Assembly: GCA_036344075.1 (NCBI GenBank)
Contig: JAYYUJ010000047.1
Coordinates: 13,821-77,820 of the forward strand
Direction of reading: 5' to 3'
Length of the DNA stretch: 64,000 nt
Origin: Pseudomonadota bacterium
GTDB lineage: Bacteria > Pseudomonadota > Gammaproteobacteria > Pseudomonadales > UBA7434
Each line of letters begins with the position of its first letter. Positions within the stretch are counted from its first letter, which is position 1. Positions 1 to 9,970 of this stretch are shown here, piece after piece. The position numbers and the translations under genes were made by a program. The notes below the pieces were generated by a model. It was given only the letters and a program-made list of their open reading frames with translations, did no database searches and was not told the origin of the DNA.

Positions 1-1905
1 TTTTTTCTTATACCAAATGGGGGAGCTCCAGGCTCGCTCTTGAATCGTCGCGGGAACATTATCGAGGAGCGGCCATTCATTTCTTAATGCATCCCATGTT
101 GTCCAGCGGCAGCTGTAAACCTCTAGTACACGCGCATAATAAAAAGCATCCTGCGATGGGTCAAAATTCGGATCTGACCAGACGGTAGCGAGCTGATTGC
201 TGCCTTTCTCACTGTCAATACTACAATCATTGAGATTTACTTCTGAACTTATTTTTGGACATCGATGTGTGATTGAATTTGGTTTATCTCCGTCACTACA
301 TGCAACATCAAAAATTAATTCTTTGAGTGCGCCATTCTCATACCAACCTTTAACGATTTGTAGGCGCTCGAGTTTATTACCTTTCTCATCTTTTGCTGCC
401 CAGATATATAACGGGAGTCGATTATTCACTAGAATGTCAGAATCAACGTCGGTGCCCATTGGAACGCCATTCATATAAAGTGTTTTATTAGCTAACCCTG
501 TATTAGAAATTATATTTGGATAGTCGCCAGCAAATAAACGAATGGCTATTTTCGGCCCGCTAGTTGCAAAAACTTCTTTCCGACGCATTGCATCGAACAA
601 TGCGGACCGAGTGTTTTCATGAGCCCATATTCCAGCAAGGCCGGATGCGCTATATAGGCTGTTTTGTGTATTAATAAAGCTACCACCACGACGCAACTCG
701 GGTGTTGCATCGACGCCAATCTTTCCGGTGTAATTATCCTCGTCAACTGGCACACTAGAGTTATGAGAATCACTAGCAGCGATCATACCAAATTGAAATG
801 GATTAAAACCTTTTTCTGACTGAATTTCTAGGCCATTAAGGTACGCCTCTCTAACATAGCTACCGGAAACTTTTCCAATACGTTGACCGCCTAGTAATTC
901 CTCTAGAATTTCAAAGTCGGCCCATTCATCATTAGGTGAAAGTGCCGGATGTGTTTCAGATGTTCCTTTAATTTGGCTCATTTCAACTAGCGGTTCGTTA
1001 CGCATTCTCGTTTGCGCATATTTTTCAGTAATTGGGTTTCCCCATGAGTCGGTTAAAGCGAACATAGTGCCATCGCTTAAGTTACTGTTATGCGGAATGG
1101 CTAATACATCGCTACCATTTGATCTTGCTTTTTCCATCCATTCCCAAAGCTCCTCCGGCTTGTCAGAATCAAAGGCTGAAAAGGGCAAGGCAGGGACGTC
1201 AGTGCCTTTAAAAATAACATTGCGATGTAGATTTTGCGCATTGGGGATTAGTGTCCATTCATAGCCTACAAATGTGGTGAAAACGCCAGGCTCATTATAT
1301 TTTTCGGCCAGCTCAACATAGCTTTTCCAAATCGGTGAGGTGATTGATTCAGTAGTGATCTCTTCTATTGCCTTTGGCGGTGTTCCATTAAGTGAGTAAA
1401 GAATTTTCTGAGTGGCTTTTTTATATCTATCTGGATCCCCACTTAACATTTCCATACCATACCAAGTATTTGCCAATGGACCGTTTGGCCTTGATAGCGC
1501 AGGAAGTATGCCCATGTATTCGGCATGATCAGTTACTGCCATAAAGTCGATCGGAGAGTCGTTCTTGATTTTAATACCACTCACATGATTAATACTTTCT
1601 CCTTTAGCGTAGCGATACGCATCCTCGGGACTGTTACGAACGCCGGTGATATAAGCATCTGGTGAATTACTACTATGAACATGTAGCTCGCCAAAAAAAG
1701 GGAGGGTAGAATATTTATCAATGACCTCTAATGATAAATTGCCATCAGAGGTATCACCAGCATGATTTTTTTTGCTGGCATCAAAGTTATTGTTTTTTAT
1801 GGACTGCTCATTATTCTTATCATCGTTACAGCTCGCCAAAAAAAATGTTGAACCTACTATAAGTGCAGTAAAAGCTAAACATTTTAGTTTAATATATTTT
1901 TTCAC
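1..1905 (-). CDS. DUF3604-family protein, predicted lipoprotein (3' end runs off the left window edge)
   Basis: 635 in-frame minus-strand codons with no stop, checked triplet by triplet. The ORF is open at the window edge and so is absent from the ORF track. GTG at 1905 is preceded by GAGG. N-terminus KKYIKLKCLAFTALIVGSTFFLASC has a lipobox. Motifs HVHS, IPHNSNLSDG, AASDSHN, IWAHEN and ERAWSSPIWY are typical of DUF3604. Confidence 0.8.
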   Translation of the reverse strand, partial: MKKYIKLKCLAFTALIVGSTFFLASCNDDKNNEQSIKNNNFDASKKNHAGDTSDGNLSLEVIDKYSTLPFFGELHVHSSNSPDAYITGVRNSPEDAYRYAKGESINHVSGIKIKNDSPIDFMAVTDHAEYMGILPALSRPNGPLANTWYGMEMLSGDPDRYKKATQKILYSLNGTPPKAIEEITTESITSPIWKSYVELAEKYNEPGVFTTFVGYEWTLIPNAQNLHRNVIFKGTDVPALPFSAFDSDKPEELWEWMEKARSNGSDVLAIPHNSNLSDGTMFALTDSWGNPITEKYAQTRMRNEPLVEMSQIKGTSETHPALSPNDEWADFEILEELLGGQRIGKVSGSYVREAYLNGLEIQSEKGFNPFQFGMIAASDSHNSSVPVDEDNYTGKIGVDATPELRRGGSFINTQNSLYSASGLAGIWAHENTRSALFDAMRRKEVFATSGPKIAIRLFAGDYPNIISNTGLANKTLYMNGVPMGTDVDSDILVNNRLPLYIWAAKDEKGNKLERLQIVKGWYENGALKELIFDVACSDGDKPNSITHRCPKISSEVNLNDCSIDSEKGSNQLATVWSDPNFDPSQDAFYYARVLEVYSCRWTTWDALRNEWPLLDNVPATIQERAWSSPIWYKKK

Positions 1906-1944
1906 AGCGAGCCTCACTGAATTATATAATTTTGGATCTGAGTC

Positions 1945-3498
1945 TTAAACTTGACGAGTTTTACCCTCCCAGTAGGGGTCACGCAAGCGACGTTTGTAAA
2001 GTTTGCCGTTTGGATCTCGAGGCAATTCGTCAAGATAATCAATAGAGCGTGGTAGCTTCATTTTTGCTATACGGCTAGACAGGTATTCAATTATCTCATC
2101 AGTGAGGCCTTGATCGCCAATGACACCGTCTGCCGGTTGCACCACAGCTTTGATCTCTTCTCCCCAATCAGCATTGGGAATACCAAATACTGTGCAGTCT
2201 GTAACTTTCTCATGCAAGATCAATTCGCTTTCAATTTCGGCGGGGTATATGTTTGCCCCACCTGAAATAATCATGTCAATTTTTCTGTCTGATAAAAATA
2301 AATATCCCTCTTCATTTAGGTATCCTACGTCTCCAACAGTAAAATAGTCACCAAGTCGTTCTTTTTGCGTCTTGGCTTTGTCGCCTTTGTACTCGAAACG
2401 CATATTTTCTGATAACAACATGTAAATAGTGCCGACTTCTCCAGCTTTGAGCTCTTTACCATCGTCATTAAATATTTTCACCTCCGCGCTAGGCCAGGCG
2501 CGGCCGACTGTGCCAGGATACTGCATCCATTCTTCAGGAGTCACCAACGTCCCGCCGCCTTCAGTGGCAGCATAGTATTCATAAATAGATGGTCCCCACC
2601 ACTCTATCATGGCCCGCTTAATTTCAATCGGGCAGGGTGCTGCCGCGTGAATCATGTGTCGTGTCGATGAGCAGTCGTACTTATCGCGAATCGATTGAGG
2701 TAATTTTAATGAGCGGACAAACTGGGTTGGCACCATGTGACTTGTGGTGACTTTATATTTATCGATTAAATACAGCATGCCTTCGGCATCCCATTTTTCC
2801 ATCATCACTACCGAGTGACCCAAGTGGAGTGAGTTAGTGGCCCAGATAAGTACCGCAGTGTGATACAGCGGTGATCCAGTAAAATGAACATTATTTTCGT
2901 GGGCTTGAATGCCAAACATCATCATGAACATGGCATTTAACTCGCCCATCATATTAGGGTCAATACCGGCAAGTGCACGCTTTACGCCTTTAGGACGACC
3001 AGTGGTTCCCGAGGTGTAGTTCATGGTTGAACCTGCCGTCATGTTGTCAGGCATAGTATTTGGCTGTGCGACTAGGAATTGTGATAATGATGAAAAGCCC
3101 TCTAGTTCACCAATTGCAAACGCTGCTTCAATGGGAAAGTTTGCTTCTTTAACCGCAAGTTTAGGTGCATCGCCAATGGCGGCATGTGAGAAAAAAGCTT
3201 TCGCTTCAGAGTCTTCAAGAATATACGCCACTTCTGGACCTGCTAAATGCCAGTTAATGGGTACAAAATAAAATCCTGCCGAGGCGCAAGCTAGGTAGGT
3301 GACCAAAAAATCTTTGCAGTTAGGCATCATCAATGCAATAGTGTCACCAGTGTCGACCCCCAGTGTGCGTAAGCCATGGACCATTTGGTTGGCTTCTGCA
3401 AGTAATTGTCCGCGACTATAAATCACTTCATTAGGGTCAATTAATGCTGGCGCGTCAGGATCTGACTGAGCTAAATTCCAAAAACCAAGATCACTCAT
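1945..3498 (-). CDS. AMP-dependent acyl-CoA synthetase/ligase
   Basis: 517 aa. ANL motifs YTSGTTGRPKG, YYAATEGG, GDVGYLNEEGYLFLSDRKIDMIISGGANIYPAEIE and PNGKLYKR. Confidence 0.85.
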   Translation of the reverse strand: MSDLGFWNLAQSDPDAPALIDPNEVIYSRGQLLAEANQMVHGLRTLGVDTGDTIALMMPNCKDFLVTYLACASAGFYFVPINWHLAGPEVAYILEDSEAKAFFSHAAIGDAPKLAVKEANFPIEAAFAIGELEGFSSLSQFLVAQPNTMPDNMTAGSTMNYTSGTTGRPKGVKRALAGIDPNMMGELNAMFMMMFGIQAHENNVHFTGSPLYHTAVLIWATNSLHLGHSVVMMEKWDAEGMLYLIDKYKVTTSHMVPTQFVRSLKLPQSIRDKYDCSSTRHMIHAAAPCPIEIKRAMIEWWGPSIYEYYAATEGGGTLVTPEEWMQYPGTVGRAWPSAEVKIFNDDGKELKAGEVGTIYMLLSENMRFEYKGDKAKTQKERLGDYFTVGDVGYLNEEGYLFLSDRKIDMIISGGANIYPAEIESELILHEKVTDCTVFGIPNADWGEEIKAVVQPADGVIGDQGLTDEIIEYLSSRIAKMKLPRSIDYLDELPRDPNGKLYKRRLRDPYWEGKTRQV

Positions 3499-3605
3499 GT
3501 TACTTTCCTCATTGTCGTTATATCAATACATAAACTGGTTATTTGCAGTTTAGCGGTAGTGTGTTGTTAGCCTAGCTATTCGATTTAGTTATTTTTCTGC
3601 GCGCA

Positions 3606-5042
3606 TTAAGCCGGCAAGTTTACTGTTTTATACTCTAAAAATACTTGTAAGCCCTCGGGGCCTAACTCTCGACCTAAGCCTGATTTTTTGTAGCCACCAA
3701 ATGGGCTACCAAAGTCCATTGCAAAACCGTTAATTGTGTATGTTCCGGTGCGTACTTGCCGAGCAATACTCACACCGCGATCAACATCTTGCGTCCATAC
3801 TGAGCCTGAGAGGCCGTAGTCAGAATCGTTGGCAATAGCGATGGCATCAGCTTCGTCTTGGTAAGGAATCACCACAATTACAGGCCCAAAAATTTCTTCC
3901 TGAGCAATACGCATGGTGTTATCAACATTTGAAAATACTGTCGGTTCAACAAACCAACCCTTATCAAATGCCTTTGGTCGACCTCCGCCGGTAGCGACAG
4001 TTGCACCTTCATCTAAACCGATTTGAATATAGTTTTCCACTCGCTCTCGTTGACGCTCGGCAAATACTGGCCCAATTTGAGTGGTTGCTTCCATAGGATC
4101 GCCTACCACCATATTGGAAACGGCCTCGGCTAAGCGTTCAACAATCGTCTGGTAATTAGATTGCGGCGCCAATATGCGTGTTTGTGCGGCGCAGGCTTGA
4201 CCATTATTCATAAACGCACCGGGTAAAATATTCGGTATAGCGGTATCCAAATCTGCGTCATCTAAAATAATGGCGGCAGATTTTCCGCCAAGCTCTAATG
4301 AGCACCGTTTAATGTGCTCGCCGCAAATAGCACCAATTTTACTGCCGGCGATAGTACTGCCGGTAAACGAGACCTTATCGATATCAGGATGACTCACCAG
4401 ATACTGGCTGACCGCACGTTCTGCGGGCACGACATTAATTACGCCAGCAGGGATATCGGTTTGTGAAACTAACTCCGCTAATAAAAACGCATTAATTGGT
4501 GTTTCGGGTGCAGGTTTAATCACCGCCGTACACCCAGCGAGTAGGGCTGGCGCTAACTTACTCATGATGGTAAACAGTGGTACGTTCCACGGAGTCACTA
4601 AAGCAACAACACCTACGGGCTCGCGAAATACTTTTACGGGGTTGAGTAGCCCTTGTCGTGTTTCTTCAAAGGGGAAACTGTCGGCCAGTTCAATGTAGTA
4701 ATCGAGTACCATAATTGGTGCAAAGGCTTGGCCGCCGGGGGAGAAGCTCATTGGGCTACCCATTTCGCTGGTTACTGTTGTGGCAATGGTGTCAGCATTC
4801 GCTTTCAATAGCTCGGATAATTGCGCCATGCATTTTGCCCGTTCGCTGGGCGCCATTTTAGGCCATGGACCCTGATCAAAAGCCTCTTTAGCAGTGCTGA
4901 CAGCGAGATCAATATCGGCTTCCTTCCCCTCGGGCACGGTCGCAATCACTTGTTCGGTAAAAGGGTTAATGACACTCAGTTTGTCAGTTGAAGAGGGGTT
5001 TACCCACTCATTACCAATATAAAATTCGGTATAGCTTTTCAT
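3606..5042 (-). CDS. NAD(P)-dependent aldehyde dehydrogenase
   Basis: Motifs ELGGKSAAII, NNGQACAAQTR (catalytic Cys) and EEIFGPV. I prefer the ATG at 5042 (MKSYTEFYIGNEW), which is preceded by AGGA, over the track start at 5099. Confidence 0.9.
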   Translation of the reverse strand: MKSYTEFYIGNEWVNPSSTDKLSVINPFTEQVIATVPEGKEADIDLAVSTAKEAFDQGPWPKMAPSERAKCMAQLSELLKANADTIATTVTSEMGSPMSFSPGGQAFAPIMVLDYYIELADSFPFEETRQGLLNPVKVFREPVGVVALVTPWNVPLFTIMSKLAPALLAGCTAVIKPAPETPINAFLLAELVSQTDIPAGVINVVPAERAVSQYLVSHPDIDKVSFTGSTIAGSKIGAICGEHIKRCSLELGGKSAAIILDDADLDTAIPNILPGAFMNNGQACAAQTRILAPQSNYQTIVERLAEAVSNMVVGDPMEATTQIGPVFAERQRERVENYIQIGLDEGATVATGGGRPKAFDKGWFVEPTVFSNVDNTMRIAQEEIFGPVIVVIPYQDEADAIAIANDSDYGLSGSVWTQDVDRGVSIARQVRTGTYTINGFAMDFGSPFGGYKKSGLGRELGPEGLQVFLEYKTVNLPA

Positions 5043-5194
5043 CCTAGGTCCTATTGATTCGAGATTAATGACGGGTCGTTGCTCAAGATAATACAACAAA
5101 TAGCGAGTTAATAACTGGCTATGAAGAATGTTTCATTGTTGGTGTGACGGAATTTCAACCTTTGAGAGTTCAAATCGATCAGTGTTAAATTGCC

Positions 5195-6673
5195 TTAGCG
5201 GCTGGCCTGTCTAGCACGTGCATCAGCCATTACGTCAAGATAGGCTAAAATCTCCTGGGTATTACTTTTTGGATCGAGGATTCGCGCGGTATAAATATCG
5301 ATGACTAATTGCTGAACCGCCGGATGATTAGGGTTCGCCAACCAAGCCCAGTCAGTAAAGTGGCAGGCCAATTGAATATCACTGTGTTGTAAATGTCGAC
5401 TCATTGCAATGAGTTGTTCGATACCACCAACGGCGTCGACGATAGCAGTGGCTTGCTTCTCTAATGGTGCGGGCGTCCATTGCGATGGAAGGTCATTCCA
5501 CCAGCCGGTATAACGCTTAAGTACCATCTTGGAAACATCTTCATAGCTGACGTATTGCTCGCGCAGCGTGTGCTCATGAGCAAGCTCATCAGGCAAGGTG
5601 ATGGATTGAAAAATTTGATCTTTACGCAGGCCTCGGTTTAAGCCATCAATGGCTTGCGTACGTATTGATTCAAAAGCATTGGCCAATAAATTAAACTCAG
5701 ATTGTATACTGTCCGCCTCCGTTAATGCTTCACCGTGGGCAGGTAACATTAGCTCCGCTCCGAGCCCAGCCATTTCTCGCAATGCTACAATCCATTCTTT
5801 GATATGACGTTGAACGCGTTTACCGTTACCAGCATTAGGCATAAAGCCTTGATAGTAATCGGCAGTGGCAAGTATTTTACGGTCCGGCAACCAAACGTAT
5901 AACTGGTCATCAGTTTCACCTTTGTGGTGTTGAAGAACAAAACGCTCATTGCCTATTGTGAGTTCAAGGCGGTTACTGAATACTTTAGTCGGCAAAGCGA
6001 TATCATCCAACGAAAGGGGCATTTGCTCTGCTTTTTGATTCATGTATTTTGCCATTGACTGGCGAAGTTCAATATACCGATTAAACCGTTCTAAAATATT
6101 TTCTTGCGCAATAATCTGAGGAGTCTCGCCAGCGGCTAACAGCGCCCATGTGCCATAAGCATGGTCGACATGGCCATGAGTATAAATAATGGTATGGATC
6201 GGTTTATCACTGACTGAGCGAATAGCATCAAGTAAAGCAGGACCAGCAGGTGCCATACCTGTATCTACCAGTACCAGGCCTTCATCGGTATCAAATAAAA
6301 CGGCGTTAACAATCGGCATGCGAATTAACCACGCATTATCACCGTAAGCTTCAATATAGGTTTTTACCTGCATATCTTTAATGGCCTTAGGATCACGACC
6401 AAACATATTTTGAGCTGCCGCAATTGACATTTCACCACCAAAAGAGCCGCCTTGATCCATGCGTTTTCGCAGTGCTGGATTTTCAATGAGCAGGGCTATG
6501 CGGGCATCCACTTTACCGCGGGTGACGGCCTGATCGATGACTGCGTTTTTTACGCTAGACATGCTACTTTTTGTTTGTTTAGATACTGTTTTGCCTGACT
6601 CAGTTTTAGCCAATAAAAGACCGATAGCTATGCCAAGTAGGATCAGTGAAATGTAATGGAGAGTTTGTTTCAT
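5195..6673 (-). CDS. MBL-fold metallo-hydrolase, alkyl/aryl-sulfatase-like, N-terminal membrane anchor or signal
   Basis: HxHxDH motif (YTHGHVDH). The C-terminal half resembles the alkyl-sulfatase dimerisation region, and no SCP2-like tail is apparent. The start at 6673 (MKQTLHYISLILLGIAIGLLLA) is preferred over 6706. Confidence 0.6.
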   Translation of the reverse strand: MKQTLHYISLILLGIAIGLLLAKTESGKTVSKQTKSSMSSVKNAVIDQAVTRGKVDARIALLIENPALRKRMDQGGSFGGEMSIAAAQNMFGRDPKAIKDMQVKTYIEAYGDNAWLIRMPIVNAVLFDTDEGLVLVDTGMAPAGPALLDAIRSVSDKPIHTIIYTHGHVDHAYGTWALLAAGETPQIIAQENILERFNRYIELRQSMAKYMNQKAEQMPLSLDDIALPTKVFSNRLELTIGNERFVLQHHKGETDDQLYVWLPDRKILATADYYQGFMPNAGNGKRVQRHIKEWIVALREMAGLGAELMLPAHGEALTEADSIQSEFNLLANAFESIRTQAIDGLNRGLRKDQIFQSITLPDELAHEHTLREQYVSYEDVSKMVLKRYTGWWNDLPSQWTPAPLEKQATAIVDAVGGIEQLIAMSRHLQHSDIQLACHFTDWAWLANPNHPAVQQLVIDIYTARILDPKSNTQEILAYLDVMADARARQASR

Positions 6674-6871
6674 AGCGAAAATCTGAATTAAGTATAGCGT
6701 CATCAATTGGTTAAGTATAAATGAAAAACTTTATTAAAAAATGAGTTAAATTTTTTTTAGAAGTTAAAGTATTGTTACATTTCTAACTATGAGAGGATGT
6801 TAAGCTCAAGAAAAATAATTGTCTGCGGCGCATGCTGTCCCCCACCCCAAAAAAGAATTGGAGACACATTG

Positions 6872-8284
6872 ATGAATGACGTTGAAGAATTTATGACCGA
6901 TCCTCTTGCTTTTTTTGACAGTTCGGTGACGAAAATGCATAGCATTGAACCGTCTGAACTTGCAGTGCTTCAGCAAAAAGCGATGCAAAAGCGAGTGGCT
7001 GATCATATTAAAAATATTAGTATGGTAGGTAACCTAGCGAAACGATTGAATATTACTGCTGTAGAAAATTTTAATGATGTAGTGCCACTGTTTTTTGCCC
7101 ATACTGCGTTTAAGTCATATCCGGCATCGTTAATTGATAAGAAGCATTGGGACTTGATGACTCAGTGGATGCAAAAGCTCACCACTTATGATTTATCACA
7201 GGTTGACACCTCCCAATGTGACTCTCTAGATCAATGGTTAGATGCTTTGGATGAGCAAACACCGCTCGAGGTGATTACCTCATCGGGCACCACCGGCACC
7301 ATCTCATTAATACCCAAGTCACGAGTGCAAGCGCATTATCAAATGAAAATTTGGCGTTGTTTTTTATTTCAAACGTTTGGCACTGAGCCGACAGAAGCTG
7401 AGATGAATCCCGATGTCGATGTGATTTGGCCCAACCATGCAAAAGGAAAATTGGGCCATTTACGGATGGCGGCTTTATTACGAAAAGAATTTACTGGTGG
7501 TGACGAAAGTCGTTTTCATGCCTTGTATGAAGGTGCCATTGACAGCGACTTAATGTTCTTAGCCAGTAAAATGCGCGCTGCTGCATCAAAAGGCGAATTA
7601 GATCGTTTGGAAGTTGATCCGAAATTGCTCGCACGCAAAGATGAATTTCTGGCTATGCAGGCTAGGCGGCCGCAAGAAATGGCGGACTTCTTTGCTAACT
7701 GCACTGAAAAACTCAAAGGAAAACGTATTTTTACCACCGCAGCTTATCCGATTATGTATGAGGTCGCTGCTGAGGGCTTGGCTAAAGGAATTAAAGGAGT
7801 TTTTGCTGGTGATTCAGCGGTATTAACCGGAGGCGGCACGAAAGGATTTGTTTTGCCAGATAACTTTATTGAGGTCATTAAAGAGTTTATGGGCGTTGAT
7901 ACGATTCAAGAAGGTTATGGTATGTCTGAAATAGGCGGCTTTCATTGGGCTTGTGAGCACGGCCATTACCATCTATTGCCATGGGTTATTCCTTTTGTGC
8001 TTGATCCTGAGACTAGTGAGCCGTTGCCACGTACTGGTACCGTAACAGGTCGGGCCGCATTTTATGATTTACTAAACGACAGTCATTGGGGCGGAATTAT
8101 TTCAGGTGATGAAGTTACCATCCATTGGGATACACCTTGCCCTTGTGGCCGTAAAAGCGTGTATCTTAGTCATGATATTATGCGATATAGTGAAAAAGAA
8201 GGCGTCGAAGATGATCGCATCAGTTGTTCTGCAACACAACAAGTTCAAGATGAGGTAGTAAACTTTATGAGAGGTTTTGAGTAA
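6872..8284 (+). CDS. LuxE-like acyl-protein synthetase (adenylate-forming enzyme)
   Basis: ITSSGTTGTISLIPKSR, LTGGGTKG and HLLPWVIPFVLDPETSEPLP parallel LuxE FTSSGTNG..., ITGGGWK and HVPPWVYARALDPETLKPVP (recalled from memory). ATG 6872 is preceded by GGAG, and the track start 6797 is probably an extension. Confidence 0.65.
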   Translation: MNDVEEFMTDPLAFFDSSVTKMHSIEPSELAVLQQKAMQKRVADHIKNISMVGNLAKRLNITAVENFNDVVPLFFAHTAFKSYPASLIDKKHWDLMTQWMQKLTTYDLSQVDTSQCDSLDQWLDALDEQTPLEVITSSGTTGTISLIPKSRVQAHYQMKIWRCFLFQTFGTEPTEAEMNPDVDVIWPNHAKGKLGHLRMAALLRKEFTGGDESRFHALYEGAIDSDLMFLASKMRAAASKGELDRLEVDPKLLARKDEFLAMQARRPQEMADFFANCTEKLKGKRIFTTAAYPIMYEVAAEGLAKGIKGVFAGDSAVLTGGGTKGFVLPDNFIEVIKEFMGVDTIQEGYGMSEIGGFHWACEHGHYHLLPWVIPFVLDPETSEPLPRTGTVTGRAAFYDLLNDSHWGGIISGDEVTIHWDTPCPCGRKSVYLSHDIMRYSEKEGVEDDRISCSATQQVQDEVVNFMRGFE

Positions 8285-8313
8285 TTTAAATTTATATAAA
8301 CAGATAGAGCCCA

Positions 8314-9630
8314 TCATAAAAAAATAAATTTACTCAAAAAAATTATAGTCAAAAAATATGCTCCGGCTGATATATCTTTGGCTTCTCCGGCAAATAACTT
8401 TATAAAAAAATAAGTCAAAAACCCTAATGCAATCCCATTTGCTATAGAGAATGTAAGGGGGATCATAATAATAGTTACTAGTGCGGGTATTATCTCCGTT
8501 GGTTTTGACCACTCTAGATACTCCATGCCCCCTAACATCAATAAAGCAACATAAATAAGTGCGCCAGAGGTCGCATATATTGGGACAGCACCGGCAATTG
8601 GTGAAAAGAAAATTGCAAGTAAGAAGAGGACGCCAACTACAACTGCAGTTAATCCGGTTCGCCCGCCTACCTCAACCCCTGATGAACTTTCAATATAGCT
8701 TGTAACTGGCGAGCATCCAAATAAAGTGCAAATCGCACTTGCACTACTATCTGACTTTAATGCTCGATCCATATTTTTATAAGTGCCATTTTCCAAGAAT
8801 TTTGCTCGGTCTGCGACCCCCAATAATGTTCCTGTTGTATCAAATAAATTCACAAAAAGAAAAGACGAGATAACAGCAATCATGGATATATCAAACGCAG
8901 CTTTAATATCAAGTTTTAGTAATATTGGCGTTATACTCGGTGGTGAAGATAAAAATCCGTTAAATGATATTAAGCCTAATAATTGAGCTATAAATGTAAT
9001 GGTGAGGATGCCAATTATAATCGCTCCCTGTATTTTTTTTATCGAAAGAATTGCAATTAAAATAAAACCTACAGCGGCTAGTAAGGTTTCAGGTTTTCTA
9101 ATGTCCCCTAGGGAGAGATAAGTAGAGGCGTTATCTATAATTAACCCGCCATTTTTTAGACCAATAAATCCAATAAATAGCCCAACACCAATCCCCATTG
9201 ATAATTTCATATTGTGAGGTATGCTTTCAATTATCCACCTTCTTATTGGTGTTATGCTCATTAAGAAAAATAGAATGCCTGCTAAGAAGACAGCTCCTAA
9301 TGCGGTCTCCCATTGGTAGCCCATTTCAATAACGACGGTGTAGGTAAAAAAAGCATTAAGCCCCATTCCAGGAGCTAATCCAACCGGCCAGTTAGCATAT
9401 AAACCCATTACGATGCAGGCTAACGATGCTGCTAAGCATGTCCCTACAAAACTTGCACCATAGTCCATACCACTTGCAGCCATCATTTGTGGATTGATAA
9501 AAATGATATAAGCCATTGTCATAAAGGTGGTAAACCCAGCAATAATCTCCGTTTTAACCGATGTGTTATTTTCTTTTAGCTTAAATTTTTTATTGACTAA
9601 GTCATACATAATGTACTTCTCTTTCTTCAA
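8314..9630 (-). CDS. Adenine/guanine/hypoxanthine permease (AzgA/PurP-type, NCS2-related)
   Basis: Polytopic 438 aa protein. N-terminus FKLKENNTSVKTEIIAGFTTFMTMAYIIFINP is the hallmark of this family. It is the last gene of the minus-strand operon 11597->8314. Confidence 0.85.
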   Translation of the reverse strand: MKKEKYIMYDLVNKKFKLKENNTSVKTEIIAGFTTFMTMAYIIFINPQMMAASGMDYGASFVGTCLAASLACIVMGLYANWPVGLAPGMGLNAFFTYTVVIEMGYQWETALGAVFLAGILFFLMSITPIRRWIIESIPHNMKLSMGIGVGLFIGFIGLKNGGLIIDNASTYLSLGDIRKPETLLAAVGFILIAILSIKKIQGAIIIGILTITFIAQLLGLISFNGFLSSPPSITPILLKLDIKAAFDISMIAVISSFLFVNLFDTTGTLLGVADRAKFLENGTYKNMDRALKSDSSASAICTLFGCSPVTSYIESSSGVEVGGRTGLTAVVVGVLFLLAIFFSPIAGAVPIYATSGALIYVALLMLGGMEYLEWSKPTEIIPALVTIIMIPLTFSIANGIALGFLTYFFIKLFAGEAKDISAGAYFLTIIFLSKFIFL

Positions 9631-9646
9631 AAAAATAAAAATAAAT

Positions 9647-9955
9647 TTATTCGCCTGTGATTGAATCTATAACTCCTTCAATGATGATCAGCTTTGATTT
9701 TGAGTATTTCTTTCTCATTGCATGAATATGGCTTAGTTCCTCTGAGTTCACCCATTTTGATGCTAACTCTTCATTGTCAAAAGCGATTACTACTAATCTT
9801 TCTGGAGCCCATTCACTATCGTGATAGATTATTTTCCCTGCTCTTATCAGATATCTACCCGAATATTTATGGACAGTTGGAGTTATCAATTTGAGATACT
9901 TTTGATATTCTTTTTGGTTTTTTACTTCGTTATCAACTATTACATATGTTGTCAT
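9647..9955 (-). CDS. DUF1330 domain protein
   Basis: 102 aa. The pattern YVIVDNEV...EYQKY...YSGRYLIRAGK...E..W.PERLVVIAF is typical of DUF1330. Confidence 0.7.
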   Translation of the reverse strand: MTTYVIVDNEVKNQKEYQKYLKLITPTVHKYSGRYLIRAGKIIYHDSEWAPERLVVIAFDNEELASKWVNSEELSHIHAMRKKYSKSKLIIIEGVIDSITGE

Positions 9956-9970
9956 ATAAAACCTATAGTT

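Noticed and set aside
8285-8313. Possible att-like direct repeat at the island borders (gcccatcataaaaaa at 8.3 kb versus acccataaaacta at 34.41 kb)
   Set aside because: The similarity covers only about 8-10 A/T-rich bases with a gap, which is expected by chance in AT-rich intergenic DNA. There is no integrase or tRNA nearby.
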